DNA of 63,475 nucleotides, the filler included, from Bigelowiella natans CCMP2755 (Eukaryota > Protista > Cercozoa): NCBI GenBank assembly GCA_000320545.1. It is 5 parts of 5 records of this genome, joined end to end, with 100 filler letters (N's around TTAATTAATTAA, not from the genome) between each part and the next. Parts side by side here need not be neighbours in the genome. Positions count along the whole stretch, not along the records: positions 1 to 28,679 come from ADNK01000712.1; 4 more parts are not named here. The stretch is one strand, 5' to 3'. Below, one piece after another: positions 1 to 13,639 of the stretch. The position numbers were made by a program, and so were the translations under genes. Positions within the stretch are counted from its first letter, which is position 1. Each line of letters begins with the position of its first letter. Under the pieces are notes generated by a model, which was not told where the DNA came from, ran no database searches, and saw only the letters and a program-made list of their open reading frames with translations.

Positions 1-209
1 GAAATCTCCGCACGTGCCGCGGTATTAACAGCGGACTCAGCACCGTGTTACGAATCAGCAAGAAGAACTTTTTCTTCTAGTTTACACAGAAGGAAACGAG
101 GAAAATGCAGATTTCATTTTAGGGCGAGAAATAACTACGGAAGATAGCTGAAATCTTCTAAATATCACCGTGGTCCCAACCCTAAAGCAAAGGAATAGCG
201 GTAATGGTC

Positions 210-250
<41 letters not shown>

Positions 251-265
251 ACAATTGCATCATGA

Positions 266-303
<38 letters not shown>

Positions 304-323
304 TCGACGTTTTTATGTTTAAC

Positions 324-1351
324 CCGTTTTCTCGCCAGCTCTTTCAGCGGCCGTTGGTACACATCGCGCAATGTCCTCAGGTTGTGAACATACACTGTTC
401 ATAGGCATATCATCATCCGGGGAAAACAGAACCAATCAACTACCACTCCAGGAGCGTCAGCAAGGACCATCAGATAGATAACATGTGACAACGATCTACA
501 CCAGCTGCTCACCTCTCTCGCATGTTACTATCTCCCGTATCGTGTTCCTTTTGCGAGCCCGTTTTTGGGCGCGCTTTCGGAGAGCCCTCGGAGCCAAAAC
601 CGACAAGGCGAAGGCCTGAATAGTAGCCGTCGCTTCAGCTACCTCGCGGGCATTTGCAGGATGGGGAGCTGGGGCTGCCTCGCCAAGACTACGAGCCTTG
701 CTGCTCTCTCCGCCCTTGTGCTCTGGGGACGAGAGGTCGTCGTCACTGTCGCCGTTGAAGATCTCAGAGATATCGTCGAGATGTACCGAGAGGTTTTTGG
801 AGATGTGCTCAAGGCTGTCGTATATTTCTTCCATCTCCCCGTCGATCGCGAGATTGATCTCATCATCGATCTCCCCCCCCCCCCCCTCCAACCCTCCTGC
901 AGGCGCATGCGTCGTGCTGCCGAATAAATGCTGATGTGTAAATAATGACCGGTGGCCATGTTAATGACTTCCTCAACCCTCTCCTCACTCGAAGATGCGC
1001 TGCAATCAAGAGACGCCTTATTGCGCCGGCGGAGGTCCTCGTTCAAGCCCGAGTCGTCTGCGAGGCAAAGTTTCTGCCCCACAACACAAGCGTTGTAATC
1101 GTTAGATATGAGGAAAGAGGAAGCCAGTAGCATATCTACTGCTACCAACTACCACCGCTAATTTTAGTACTACTTACACGCACACTGGAAACATCAAAAT
1201 GCGTCGCGCACGATGTAGCGATAGCAGATGCTGTCCCATCGTCTCCCCCACCCCCTCACATTGAATGTGCAGCAGCAGCTCCTACCTCACTGTCTTTCAT
1301 CGATGCGAAAGAGTAGTCTCTCTCAACGTCATGTCCGGTTTCTTGTGGGAC
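324..1351 (-). CDS. Dbl-homology (RhoGEF) domain protein, partial multi-exon model; continues beyond window start, 5' end uncertain
   Basis: Splicing GT(512)..AG(395) joins RKRNTIREIVTCER to VYVHNLRTLRDVYQRPLKEL, the canonical first DH helix (R..VI.E...TE..YV..L..L...Y..PL). Upstream exons 1286-1351, ~951-1074 and 513-~897 join in frame. Confidence 0.7.
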
Positions 1352-1429
1352 CTGAAAAAGGCAATAACAGCTGCTGTCACCATCTTCGCATTCACAGCCG
1401 CGTTGTATTGGCAGAATTTAGAGGAGTAA

Positions 1430-1464
<35 letters not shown>

Positions 1465-1884
1465 TTCGTGAAGTAGTAGCAGAAGAATGTAGTAATCGTG
1501 CTAGAGGCAGTTGATGGACACAATCACTAGTCCACAAACTCTAGGGTATATTCGGTATTAACAATACGGAGGTTGCGTCCTCAAAACGGCAGAGGCCAGA
1601 ACAAAAAGTACACAGTTTCCTCCCCTCTCTTCGCTGTATCTTTGCATGGCATCGGCGCTGAGAAAAGGCCTCTTTCTCACGACTTATGACTGCTACCGTC
1701 AGGGTGAAGCTCAGTTGATTGGGAGTGTTGCGGGTGTGCGAGTCGTTCTTTTTATTCGTGGGAAGATGACGTCGAGGGTGGTCGCGCAGTTGTTCCGAGC
1801 ACAGATTGATTGAGTCTTGAGGCAGCCTTCGAGCGGCTGGAATGGAATCATAATCTCAGGTGTGTATTCGATATTTGATTGTCG

Positions 1885-1930
<46 letters not shown>

Positions 1931-2093
1931 GACAAATCAAAATCGTTCTTGAATACTGATTTAGAGGATCATTATATATATCGCATTCTGTCAAATCCAT
2001 AGACTTTTCTTCATTCGGCAATCACTAGCCGCAATTCTTCCTTCTCTTCCGATCGTTTGATTCACAGGTATAAGGTTCTGAGTGTGACGCTTT

Positions 2094-2480
2094 TCAGAAA
2101 CCATACTCTCGCACACGATGCCTCACGAGAGGCCTCTCGATCCTACCATTAGCGGGGCGTTGAGCAGCTCGATGGTTCGCCATGAAATGACGCACCTCCG
2201 ACTCCAAATCGATGGATATCCTCCGGAGCCGCGCAACTGTAAAGCGCATTCAAACCCCCATCAGCACTCTATGGTTGTCGGTATAAAACCATACACATGT
2301 GTATTATGGTCGTGTGGTTCTGTGTGTGAAAGAGCCAGCACGTCTGTGCACCCGCACCTGCTGTTTGCCTCACTGTCCGAATTTGCCCTTCCTGGGTATC
2401 GCACCTCGCATGGAGAACATCCACTTCGTTTTCCAATACTTCAACCTCCTCCGTCCTAACGAGCAGTCCAGGTATGTAAT

Positions 2481-2546
<66 letters not shown>

Positions 2547-5500
2547 TCATCAATAAATCGCTCTAGTGTCCGCACGCATATGGCACCCGCGAGCGGTGAA
2601 AGCCGCACCTATTTTTGGCCTGCTCTTCCATTATCTTGACCTGCCGCCTCGCATTTTCTGCCCTGATGTTAGCCGCAACACGCCGAGACTCTAGGTGCCT
2701 CACATCAGTCAGCAGGCATTCGATCGTCCCTAGCATCTTTGCCCTGAGCGCTTTATCCATTGCGCTCCCCCCCCTTCCCTCCTCCTTCTCCTCGTTAACA
2801 AACGCCACTTTTTTGCTTCTTGCAGCGTGTCGCAAGGGAGCTCGTCCACTACTCAGCTCCTCAAGGCGCTTGGTAAGTGCGCGGACCTGCGCCTCGAGTT
2901 GCGTGCGTGTAGAAGACGAAAGGGAAAAGGAAGAATCATCACTCGTGCCCACAGCGGCATGAACTGCGGTTATCTCCTTGCTCTCACCCCTCGCCACCGG
3001 TTTCAGAGACTCGTTTTCGGTTTTAAGTAAGCAATTCTCCTCTACTGCATGTTTAAGTGCATCGTCGAGGTACTGGGCTCGGCGGAGGGCATTTTCCCCT
3101 TGGATTTTGGCTGCTATACGCCTTGAATTTGATTGATGTAAGTCTTTGAGGAGGCTCTCAATGGTTGCCATGGTCGCCTGACGTGCCCTCTGAGACAAAG
3201 AATCATCGTTGAGAAGGAGGATGCGAGCTTAGAAGCGAAGGCTTTATTCACGTTGTTTAATGACTAAACAAGGTTTACTACGTCTCTGTGATGTGTGTGT
3301 GTGTGTGTGTGTGCAAGTCTATTGGTGCGAATACGTTGCTATTCATTCCTCTGTTGTCTCGCCAAAAGTGTGTGATGATAGTGTGTGCAGTATTTATAAA
3401 AGGGAGACCTGGATCTGCTGTTTTACACCAGCATCCCGTCTAGTCGCACGTGCCGTGAGCTCGGCGATCTCGCTCTCCAGAGCTTTAGTCACCACTCCAA
3501 CTCTGGCGGAGACTTCCTTGATCTGCCCCTCCTTCTTCGCAACGCTCGATTGCATCTTCCGGATCTCCCCATCCTTCCCGGCGATTTGTGCCTCCAGAAT
3601 GCGACGATGCTCGAGCTCCCTTCCCTGCGCTTTCAGAACGAGCTCATGAATCTTGGAGTCTTTTTCTCTGATTTCCGCCCGTAGCGCGCTCTCGATTGCC
3701 TGCGCACTCTTTTGCAGCTCGCGCTCATTCTCCGCTTGGCGTGCCAACGTGACCTCCATGTCGCCTGCCGTTTTGCGCTGCCACCGCTGCTTTTCGGCCA
3801 CAAGCGCGCGGGTCTTTGCCCGGTTAGCGTCAGCCTGTCGGGAGAGCCGATCATTGAGCTCGAGGATCTTGGCGTCATTTGCGGTGTGGAGAGCAGCGGT
3901 ACCAACTCGCTGCGCGGCCAATTGGCTTTTGAGCTGCGTGACGGTTTCGTTCATGCAATCGCTTAGCTCTCTGAGCTTCTCCTTGCCCTTGAAGAGCATT
4001 TTTTCTTTCTCAACAATGAGCTGGCCCTTCTCCAGTAGCTTGGACTCGAGCTTGCGGACGGTCGCTTCCCTCTCCTGCGCCTGAGCCTTGAGCGCCTGTA
4101 TCTCCGCCTCCTTCGCGCCGATGAGGGCATTGGCCTCGCCCTCGAGCCTCTTCATCCGTACGTGACTCGCCTTGTCTTCCGCTGTCTGACTTTCAAATTG
4201 TTGCTTCATTGTTCCCTGCTCCCGTTTTGCCTGATCCTTCTCTGCTTCCAGTGCGCGAATCCGCTCGCTGTAATCAGCGGCCTGCTCGTTGAGCTGGGCG
4301 TTGAGCTCGTCGATCTTAGCGTCTTTTTCTTGGCATATTGCAATGACTTTCTCCCTCGAGGCCGTCACAGCACGATCTAGTTCCTCCTTCAGCCGATGCT
4401 TCTCTTTCTGAGAGAGCTCGCGCATCGCTGCTACCTTCTGAGAGCGAAGAGCATTGGCGCTCTCAGCGGTCTTGCGAAGATCCTCCGAGTGCTGTTCTAG
4501 TCGCGCTGCTAATTTCCCCTCAAAGTCTACAATTACCTGTTCCTTTGCTTGTTCCGAAGCAGCAAGCGCCGTCTCAAGGTCGTGTATCTTCCCATCCTTT
4601 TCTCGATCAATGACCGCGCTTTCTGCCTTCTGCGCGGCAAATTCCTGTCGCAGACCAGACAACTCCTCTTTCATGAGTTGAACCTCACGAGCTTTCGTGA
4701 CTGCCTCTTCAGCAGCACGGGCTAGCTCCTTCTTCAGCCGATGCTGCTCTTTCTCGGCGATCTCGCGGATCTCTGCTTCCTTCCGAGAGTGAAGAGCATT
4801 GGCGCTTTCCGTGTTCTTGCGAAGATCCTCTGAGTGCTGCTCTAATCGTGCTGCTAACTTGGCCTCCAGCTCCGAAACTGCTTTTTCCCTTGCTTGGTTG
4901 GAAGAAGCAAGAGCTGCTTCCAGGCTATGGATTGTTGATGCCGCCTTTTTCTTTTTTTCTTCCAGATCCGAATAACTCTTAATTGTTGTTTCTATTTGGA
5001 AATTCGAGGGATAGAAGAGGAGACATTGAGAGCATGGACACAGTCAAAGCCGCAAACAGAACATAAGCACACGCGCATAGAAAAAGAAGGGAAGGGGGGG
5101 AGAGGGGGGGGGACAGGGGGAATATGGGGAAAAAACAACTCGATTTATACTTAATCGGTTCATCCCTTTCTCGCATGGTAATCGTCAGCAGTATTTGGGG
5201 AAAACAGCAAAATCCTTTCTCACCTCGTAGCTTTTCTTCACGTGCCTCGGCCTCTTGTCTGGCATGCATTTCGGAGTCAAGGCGTGTCTTCAACCGAGAC
5301 AGCTCGTCTTCCAATTCACTCATTTCTTCGCGTAACGGGGCGGTTGCGAGCCGCGCGGCGACTGCTGGATTGTAACTTGTTCCTAGGGAAACTTCCAATG
5401 AATTTGGGAGATTTTCTGTCGCCTTTGCATCGTCGTCTCTTTCTTCTTGGTCCGGTACAATCGCGCTTGCACTCAGATTATCAATTTGAACTTGAGTTAG

Positions 5501-6346
5501 GCTTTGCGTATGGCTTTTAGGATCCTCCTCTCCTTCCCCCTTTCCTTTGTCCTCTCCTGCATATATCTCTTCTTTTTCTTCTTCATCATCGGAGCTACTT
5601 TCGCAAGCCTGACAGTGATGATGCTTATGATGTGCAACGATTTAGCTTGCGGTTGCATGGTTTTGTGTCAGGCTTCCGTGGTTGTGTTAATAATATAAAT
5701 CACATGTTTTTAAAGGTATGGCATCATATATATCGTCATCATCGCCATTTTTACTATTATTATTATCATCATTGCGTTTCTTCTTTCATTTCTGCCTCTT
5801 TCTCCAGAACCCCCACTTCCATTCCCATCAGTGCGCAAAGCATACAGAACGTAAAACATATCTTGCAGGCGGATTTGTAGCAAGCACTCTCACCTCTCTT
5901 CCAGGAAACAAGATACTAGAAGTTTCTGCATTAGAGCGGCTTTCCTCTGGCGAAGGAGCCTCTATGCTCACACCCTCGGGTAACATATTCGCTCGTTCAT
6001 ACGAAACTTCCACATCCTCTCGTTTTCCCCCTCTCTTGATGACAGGACTTTTCACATCTGGAAGAGGGCGTGGTTATGTTGTCCGTTTCAGCAAGGAGAA
6101 ATTTGGCATCGTTAAAGAGGCAGAGAGGAGGGGAGGGGTATGTAGCAAATACTGAACGGTTTACCTCCTATGCGAGAGCGCTTTGCACGCATCTTCTTCT
6201 TGTACGCCGCACACACAGCAGCTATGCGCTCGCGTGCGTTAGCGAGCTAGTCCCGTTTCCATAAATACACAGGTTATCAGAGGTCGAATTGAAAGGGAAT
6301 CAAGCGCCCAAACGTACACACAATATCATGCCTGCATCTGCTAACG

Positions 6347-6396
<50 letters not shown>

Positions 6397-6429
6397 ATCT
6401 CTCTCTTTCTCTATGCGTGTGCGCGCGCG

Positions 6430-6465
<36 letters not shown>

Positions 6466-9222
6466 TGCGTGTGTTTACACTGGCATTCTCAAAAGCAAAA
6501 ACAAGCGAAGGACCTGGTTCTGATAGTGGGCTACCCGCTCTCTGAGCTCCTCTGCTTCCTTCTCTCTCTCCCTCATTGCCTGCGCTGCTCTTTCCCTTCT
6601 CCCTTGTTCCTAGCAATTGAGGGATGATGTCGGTGGAACAAGGTGGCGATCGTGTGCAACAACAGAATACTCAGAACTTGGAAAACAACAACCTCCTTCT
6701 CGTAGTTCCCCAAGCGGGTCTTTAGCTCTTCCGAAGCCCTCTCACTTTCCTTCAGTACGACCGCCATTCGTCGCCGCTCCTACGATTGGGGAGGATTGAG
6801 GAGAGGAGATAACTTCTCCAATGCGTACACACAAGTCTTCTAAGCGAATTTTAACTGCAGCAGCACCATCCAATTGCGTGGTTATAAACGTGTAAACAAC
6901 AACCTCGTCCAAAGCGTCGGCGACGAGCTTCGTTTCGTTCTCTTCACGTCTCCGGAGGTCTTCCACAGCTTGGGCCTTCTCTCCTTCCACTTCGCGAATC
7001 CGCTGTGAATAGTCTGCACCCTGCTTTGTGAGTTGCGCCCTCAGCCCTTCGATCTTGGCGTCTTTTTCGCCGATCGTTGCCGTGCTGTTCGTCTCTCGCG
7101 CGTTGGATTCGTAGCGCAGTCGGGCCAATTCCTCCCTGAGAACGCAGACCTCACGAGAGTGCTCCTCCGCCTTTTCAGCAGCAGCACGGTCGAATTCTTG
7201 TGTCAACCGAACCCGCTCTTTTTCAAGGGCTGCACGCGTCACTGAGCTCTGGCATTCTGGGTTTCGAGAGAAGTCGGAAGAAGAAGAAGGAGAATGGCGA
7301 CTCCCCTTCTTCTCTTTCTTCTGCTGGCGCTGCATTGCTGGCCTCTCCTCGCCTGCCCCTGCTCCTGCCAACCCATCGTTCTCCGAGCGGCGAAGCTGCT
7401 CGCATGCATTGAGGTACTTTGCCTTCCACTCGGCAGCTTCGGCATTCTTAATCGATATCGTTTGCTGCAGACCCAGATACGTGCGCTGAGATGCCAGGTA
7501 AGAGGTTAGAGGCGCGTGAAAGCATAACAAAACATTCCAAATCTATAGCTACTTGGATGGTACATTTGATTGACCTCATTTTTGTGGTTGGTGTTGTTTC
7601 TCAATTACAGGATGCTCACCTTTCGCTTTGCTTCCTGCTCTTTCTCGTCTTGCTCTTCTCGGGGCGTCGTTTCTGCCACCCCCCTCCCAGGCCGCCCCCC
7701 AGCCGAGCGAATGGGGCCGGTCAGCTTTGATCGTTGCGAAGAGGGGTCATCATCAGGAGGACGTTGCCTGTCTTCTAAGCTTAGATCTAGCGCTCCTGCA
7801 GGGGCGGTTCTGAAGCTATTCGCATGGTTTTCATCAAAGCGTCGATGAAGATCCGCTGTCCAAACAATCAACATCGTATACTCAACGACACAAATTATGC
7901 ATACGTGTGTGTGTGTGTGTCGTGTGTTTGCATCCTTGAGTAGTGTTTTGCAGCAGTGCGCCTGTGCTGATGTCAATCACTCTCTACCTGCACTTGTTGA
8001 GCGGTATCCCCCCCTCTTACTAGTCCTAGAACTCGGCTCCAGCGTCGTGGCAATCGGAGACGGCGACGGGGCCATGAGGAGCTTATTTGCGTTGGGTGTT
8101 AGGGAAGGTGTGTGGGGAAATTGAGGTGTCATCGAAGTCGAGGCATACGGCGACAAGCGTGGGGGGGCGTTGCTTTTTGATGAAGCCCTCAAAGCTGCTT
8201 CGGCGAGTTTCGTCGGGGTGGATATCCGCTGGATTAGCATAACACGTTCCTAGTGGCGATTGCAGCATGCGAATAAACAAATATTCATGCATCCTCAATT
8301 TTGAAATGGGGAAGGTGACGGAAAAGGGCTTGAGAACTTTACAAGCGTCCAATGCAAATTCATAGATACATGCGACGTACGATGAGAAGACCCACCGATT
8401 TGGCCTGTTCTAGCTTTTGGCGGATCTTACTGACAATATCGCCGAATCGCCGAGCATCCTGTTACCACGCCAGATCAGAGCATGTTACGTAATCGAAAAA
8501 ATATGCTTTTATAGATCCATATTATTGCAATTATAACTATTCAAGGTTATTTGGGATGGGAAGTGGTCATCGTCTTTTATTTCCCCAGCTAAAGTGTGAA
8601 TTGGTTGACAACTGAGGAAGGAATAACGGCATTGTTCATACGATCGACAGCATACCTCCACTTGCCTAGACCTCATCTCCGACTCGGTTTGTCGTGCGCG
8701 TTGAATCCAGATATCCCGTTCCCTCCGCAGGCGATTTTCTATGGACAAATTATCGGACGGAGAGTACGGGGACCTACGTACAAGACGAGAAAGCAACCAA
8801 AATGCCATTCAATCTCCAGCATTCTCTGGTATCTCTTCCCGAAGTTAAATTATATTAGAACGTATATCGGGCAGAAGGTTGTCATGCTGGCTTGGATCAG
8901 TCGGTCAGCCGGCGATAAAGTGACTTGGTGGAAGGAGAAAAACACCTCTTCCTTGGCGAGACTCGGGTTGCTTGTAGCTTCGCATTTAGAACGCCAACAG
9001 CCCTCTCTAACTTCAGATTCCTCTCCGCTAAGGTCTTAGAAATAGCAAATTGATTTCAATGAATGGTCGGAGAGTTTAAATCTCAGCGCGTAGCCATTTT
9101 TGGCTCTACATCTTTCTCTCAGTACAAACCTTTCCTATCCTAGCCGCGGTTTTCAGCTTTTCATGCATGGCCTCCAGTTGGGCGTTCATGTCACCAGTGG
9201 GGCAGTTCGTTGTTGCTGCCAT
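2094..9222 (-). CDS. Large multi-exon coiled-coil protein with N-terminal CC1-box-like motif (HAP1/TRAK/BICD/Spindly-type adaptor candidate)
   Basis: ATG 9222; exon 9130-9222 plus exon starting 9034 give LKTAARIGK-TLAERNLKLE. Long E/K/A-rich exons (6742-7490, 3410-4980, 2610-3200, 2357-2455). Last exon ends EYGF-TGA at 2094. Some internal exon joins are not resolved. Confidence 0.65.
4381..4935 (-). repeat. Intragenic tandem duplication, ~345-nt (115-aa) period, inside the coiled-coil gene
   Basis: IHSLEAALASSNQAREKAVSELEAKLAARLEQHSEDLRKNTESANALHSRK vs IHDLETALAASEQAKEQVIVDFEGKLAARLEQHSEDLRKTAESANALRSQK; matching DNA at 4497 and 4842. Confidence 0.85.
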
Positions 9223-9329
9223 TATTCCGCCGCCCCCGCCCTGGCGGAACAATTTGGCTTAGCCGACTAGGAGACGAGAGCGGCGATCGATGGGTTTCGG
9301 GAGCGGGAGTCCTTTCGTCTGCAAAATTC

Positions 9330-10020
9330 TGAAATTATAGGCAATTTTTACACCATGAATTATCTACCTATCATGAATATTAGAAAGATGTAGTACTTTC
9401 TCTTGTTTTTTGCTTTGTCGAAATATTTCAATATATGTTTAACATGTATTACGCGTTATTTTTTGACTATCTCGAGTCTCAGTCTGAGGATAATCATCCT
9501 CATGTTGACCCCCAAAAAAGATACAGCGACAATCTCTGTTTTGTATCGCATCTAAATAAATCCTGGCCGATTTCAATTGTACAATTTGTAATGAAATGGA
9601 AATTATGCGACAATAAAAATTATGAGTCGCATGTCAAGAATTCTGATTGGTACTACTTCAAAAAATTCAACGTTTTGGACAAATGAATTTCAACGGTTCG
9701 ATTTGGTTGACTGAGGTTGAGGTTAGTAAAGGAATAGACATAAAAATTAAGTATATTTATGTATACTTTTGAGGAAATGAGTGCGATACGATATTAATAA
9801 TATATATTAATATTTTTAATCTTAATAGTTAATTTTTTTAGTTTATGATATAATTGGTTCTTTATTTCTATTTTTCTCGTTCGGATTAGAAAGAACTAAA
9901 GCTAACTACCCCAGAAATTAGTTGTAATAAACATTAAAATGCAAAAATGATCTAAAATCAAGGCGATATGATATAATGGCGACTTTTGATAGAATTCCTT
10001 TAATCTGAATTTACAAACTT
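9330..10020. promoter_or_regulatory. AT-rich intergenic region between divergently transcribed genes (probable bidirectional promoter zone)
   Basis: Strongly A/T-rich with no credible exon; lies between the ATG at 9222 (-) and the + gene starting ~10640. Function is inferred from position. Confidence 0.4.
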
Positions 10021-10637
10021 CACACGTTCACGAGCCCCCCCTCTCCTAAGTGACGGAACTCCTTAGCATGTAAATTAACATAGAATGATGATTTGTTCGG
10101 TCGAGTGCAATCCCACTCGATCAAGAATCTTTGAGCAGTTCGAAGTTTCTCCATCATCGTCCCTATCGCACGTGCTTGCTAGTATCATCTATGGCTTCGC
10201 CTTTGTTGAAATTTTGCAAGCTCAAAGCTTCTAAATAAAGTTCTTATCATCTACGTCGAGTCTTAGTGCAGTATGGTTAATTTTTCCATTCTTTTTCAAT
10301 CCCATCGATCGACATGTGATCCCAACGACACAACTGACACTTATTTTACTTAGATCCGACTTCTTGTAACATGTGGGGGTCTCAGAAGCGCCCATCCCTG
10401 CTAAGGCAGGCACTGGACCACGAACTCTCCGGAAACTCTGACTACATCAATACGAAAAAAAGCAAGAATCGAGGTGGTCCTTACATTCTTCTTCCATGTT
10501 ATTGTTCTGTATTTTCCCCCTGTGGAGTGGGTGACGCGCGAAGTCCTTTGTTGGTAGTCAACAGCCCTCCCTCCATCTCATCAACGCTCGCTACTGTCAC
10601 ACATACACACACAAGTCAATGTATTCATTCTCGCAGC

Positions 10638-11709
10638 TTCGAAAGATGGCGTCGGGGCGAGGAAGAAACTGAAGTTCAGTCTTCCTGGCCCCTGCTTGAA
10701 TGCCAAACCTAAACACCGGGCATTGCGACCAGCACGCAGCGACTCTGCAAGAAGGCTACGCGAAAGGAATATTAAGAACCCTCTCGATGCGTGGCCAACC
10801 ATTGATGACCAGCCAGTCGCCAAGGCACTGCACACGCCCGATCATGGAGAAGTTCCAGGCTATTTAAGGGTGGTTCGGGTTGCGCCGCTGTCTCCAGAAG
10901 ACGGGCTTCCGAACGGGCTTTCGTTCGTTAAAACGGAGAAACGCCGTCCCGCAAAACGAATACAGTCTGCGAATGCGAAGAAATCGGAAAAAGGCAAAGG
11001 GGGAAGAACTGGTAATAAGCTATCAGCCAGACGAAGAAGGCAGACTTTCTCGATGGTCTCTCGTGAGCAGTGGAAGCGGATCTCCTCGATCATCAACGAA
11101 GTCGACGAAGAGGTGAGAGAAGGAGGATGAGGAGGGGGGGTGGGGGGGGGGGGGGGGTAACCACGGTGAAGATAAATGGTTCGAGGGATGTTTGCCTTTT
11201 TAATTTGAAGTGGTTGTCAGCAGTTGCAAACGCAAATAATGTTTCAGGAAAAAAAGGAATGCGCCAAATCCCCCTCCGATGATTCCAAACCGGAAAGTGC
11301 GGGAAAGGACGCGAAGGGGGGGGATAAGAAAGCGGCCTCGATCGGACTTGATGCCCATGCGAGGCACGTAATGTCCCCTATACCTCCTGCAACAGCGCCA
11401 CTCTTCATCGACGGCGGGGGGAACACAGGTGTTGGGAAAGCGAGAGGCTGATATATGAGAAAACCTGGATGGGTGGGGAGGAAGCTGTTGCAAACCTTTC
11501 AAACAAAGTTAGAAAATAGTCGCATGCACGAGAAGTAGCATCGAGCTGCTACGTGCATCTTTGATCATGGTTGCGTCTCTTTTGGCAGCACATCCCTCTA
11601 CGAACGAAGACCAAAAGCATGGCGCTGATAAGAGGCTCGGCACAAAGAAACGAAGTAGCACTCTGAAGCCAGCCCAGCAGTCAAATCCTCCAGCTACTGC
11701 ACCGGTTGA

Positions 11710-11773
<64 letters not shown>

Positions 11774-12034
11774 AAATTAATACATTAATATGGTACTTAT
11801 ATTTTTGTTTGTCTGTATATGTGGGTGTGTTGGCTTGTGGCCCCTCCTCCTCCTCCTATAGGTATTCATCGATGGAGGAGGGAATACCACTCACTCGAGG
11901 GACGATGGAACCATCTCAGCTGGTGTTGTCATCAAAGCGAACAAGCGGGAAACAGCGGGCAAAGCACCTCATGGTAGATATTAGTATTTCATGAGGATGT
12001 GCTCGTGCACTAATATGATTTAGTTAATATAAAC

Positions 12035-12109
<75 letters not shown>

Positions 12110-13233
12110 AGTAAAGTATATTCTTGTGCGTGTGTCTGTGGGGATCGCTACAATTCACATTTGAAGCTGATGGCTCTCTATATGCGTCTTAATATAACCA
12201 GAGAAGAAACATTCCCACACCGATGGCGGCCCCTCTCCCCCAGTGCCAAAGGCTGCAAAGTCCCCAGGCCGAGGGAAGGGAGGGGAGCTTTCAAGCGAAG
12301 ATCTGAACGTCGCAACCTCCGACGAAAACAAAAAAGAAGAGAAAGACCATTCAAGCGACGAGGGTACTGACGATGAGGAAGAAGGTGTGAAACTGCGCCT
12401 CCCTATCGTCCCCCCATTAGATGTCCCTGCCAGCCCCCATCAGAAATCTGCGGATATAAGTACTGAAGAAGAGAATAGAGAGAAGGATGGTGATGACGAT
12501 GATGATGGCGACGCTGAAGCCAAGGACAACGACGGTAAGAGAATGAAACATAGAAAAATCGTTTTTGATGATGTAGGGAATTCTTCTCACGGTTCGTGTT
12601 TTCACTTGTTCCTCTGAAGACACGCTGGGCGGCAACCTTCGGCCAAAATCGTCTCCAGCAAAGCTTTTGGGTAAGACCTTCGCGCTGCTGGAGGTTGCTG
12701 CGCCCTCAAAACTCAGCGCAGAAGAGAAGGAGAAGAGCAGCCCAATCAAAGAGAAGCACGAGAGGTCAGATGAGGAAGACATTAAAGACACAAGCTGTGT
12801 GGCCACCATTCCTCTCCGAAATGACGTGTCATCATGGTTTTCCCCTATCCCCTCTCGTTCTGATCACGACATTCACACGCACGCACACATCTGGTGTTAT
12901 TGTGTGTTTTTGCTGTTTTATTAACCGTGTTGGCTGTTGTTGTTGTTGTTGTTGATATATGTGCAGGAAAGTGGCTCTTCTCTCACACGAGACGAAGCCA
13001 AAACTGCGTAATCGCGCAAAGCATCTTTTCCCCCAAAGGAAGAAGGTGAGGCCCCCATTTTTTTAGTACGATCGGATATGCTCGGAGAACGAATAAGAAG
13101 ATGAAGAGGAACAACCGTCGCTCCCAAGCGTTTTGTTACGAATAGGAAGGATGGGTGTATTGGAAAGGGGTTGAAAATGACGATAACAAAGACAATATTG
13201 CTTATAGTGAAGTAAAAATGTAAATACATGATA

Positions 13234-13271
<38 letters not shown>

Positions 13272-13493
13272 GCATTGCGTTGGTATCTTCCTTTTTTGCC
13301 TGCGCGCTCGTGTGGACGAAGATGGTACAAATTGCGATCAGATTTTGTTCAAATTGCGCAGGTGCCATGGTGGAAAAAAATGAGACCGTACGCGTTTGAC
13401 CAGGACGGGAGGTTCTGGAAGCCAATATCGGAGTACGATTCAAACTACACACGAAAAAGTCTTCAAGCGAAAAGATTTCATCCGAGCGTATGA
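10638..13493 (+). CDS. Uncharacterised multi-exon, low-complexity (K/E/S/D-rich) protein
   Basis: Open exons 10638-11110, 11248-11428, 11510-11705, 12200-12590, 12660-12825 and 13362-13493, separated by GT-AG introns, several with microsatellites. No recognisable domain. Confidence 0.45.
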
Positions 13494-13639
13494 AAAGCAC
13501 TTCAGAGTATGCTCTAGGAAGAAAGTGCTAGCTCGTACAGATCAGGAAATTCCGAGGTTGCTGCCTTGTGAGAATCAGCGCCGGCGGTAATCCCTTGACT
13601 TCAACCGCTCGCAGTGCAATTTGTGTCCCGATAATGCAC

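Noticed and set aside
140-182. Possible in-frame TAG (GDI*KISAIF) in the RhoGEF gene suggesting stop-codon reassignment
   Set aside because: The TAG can be a splice acceptor, and other genes end in TAA/TAG/TGA normally with no in-frame stops in conserved exons.
10085-10125. ATGATGA box-C-like motif followed by the hairpin TCGAGTG-CAATCC-CACTCGA
   Set aside because: No matching box D or tRNA cloverleaf nearby; too short to call an ncRNA.
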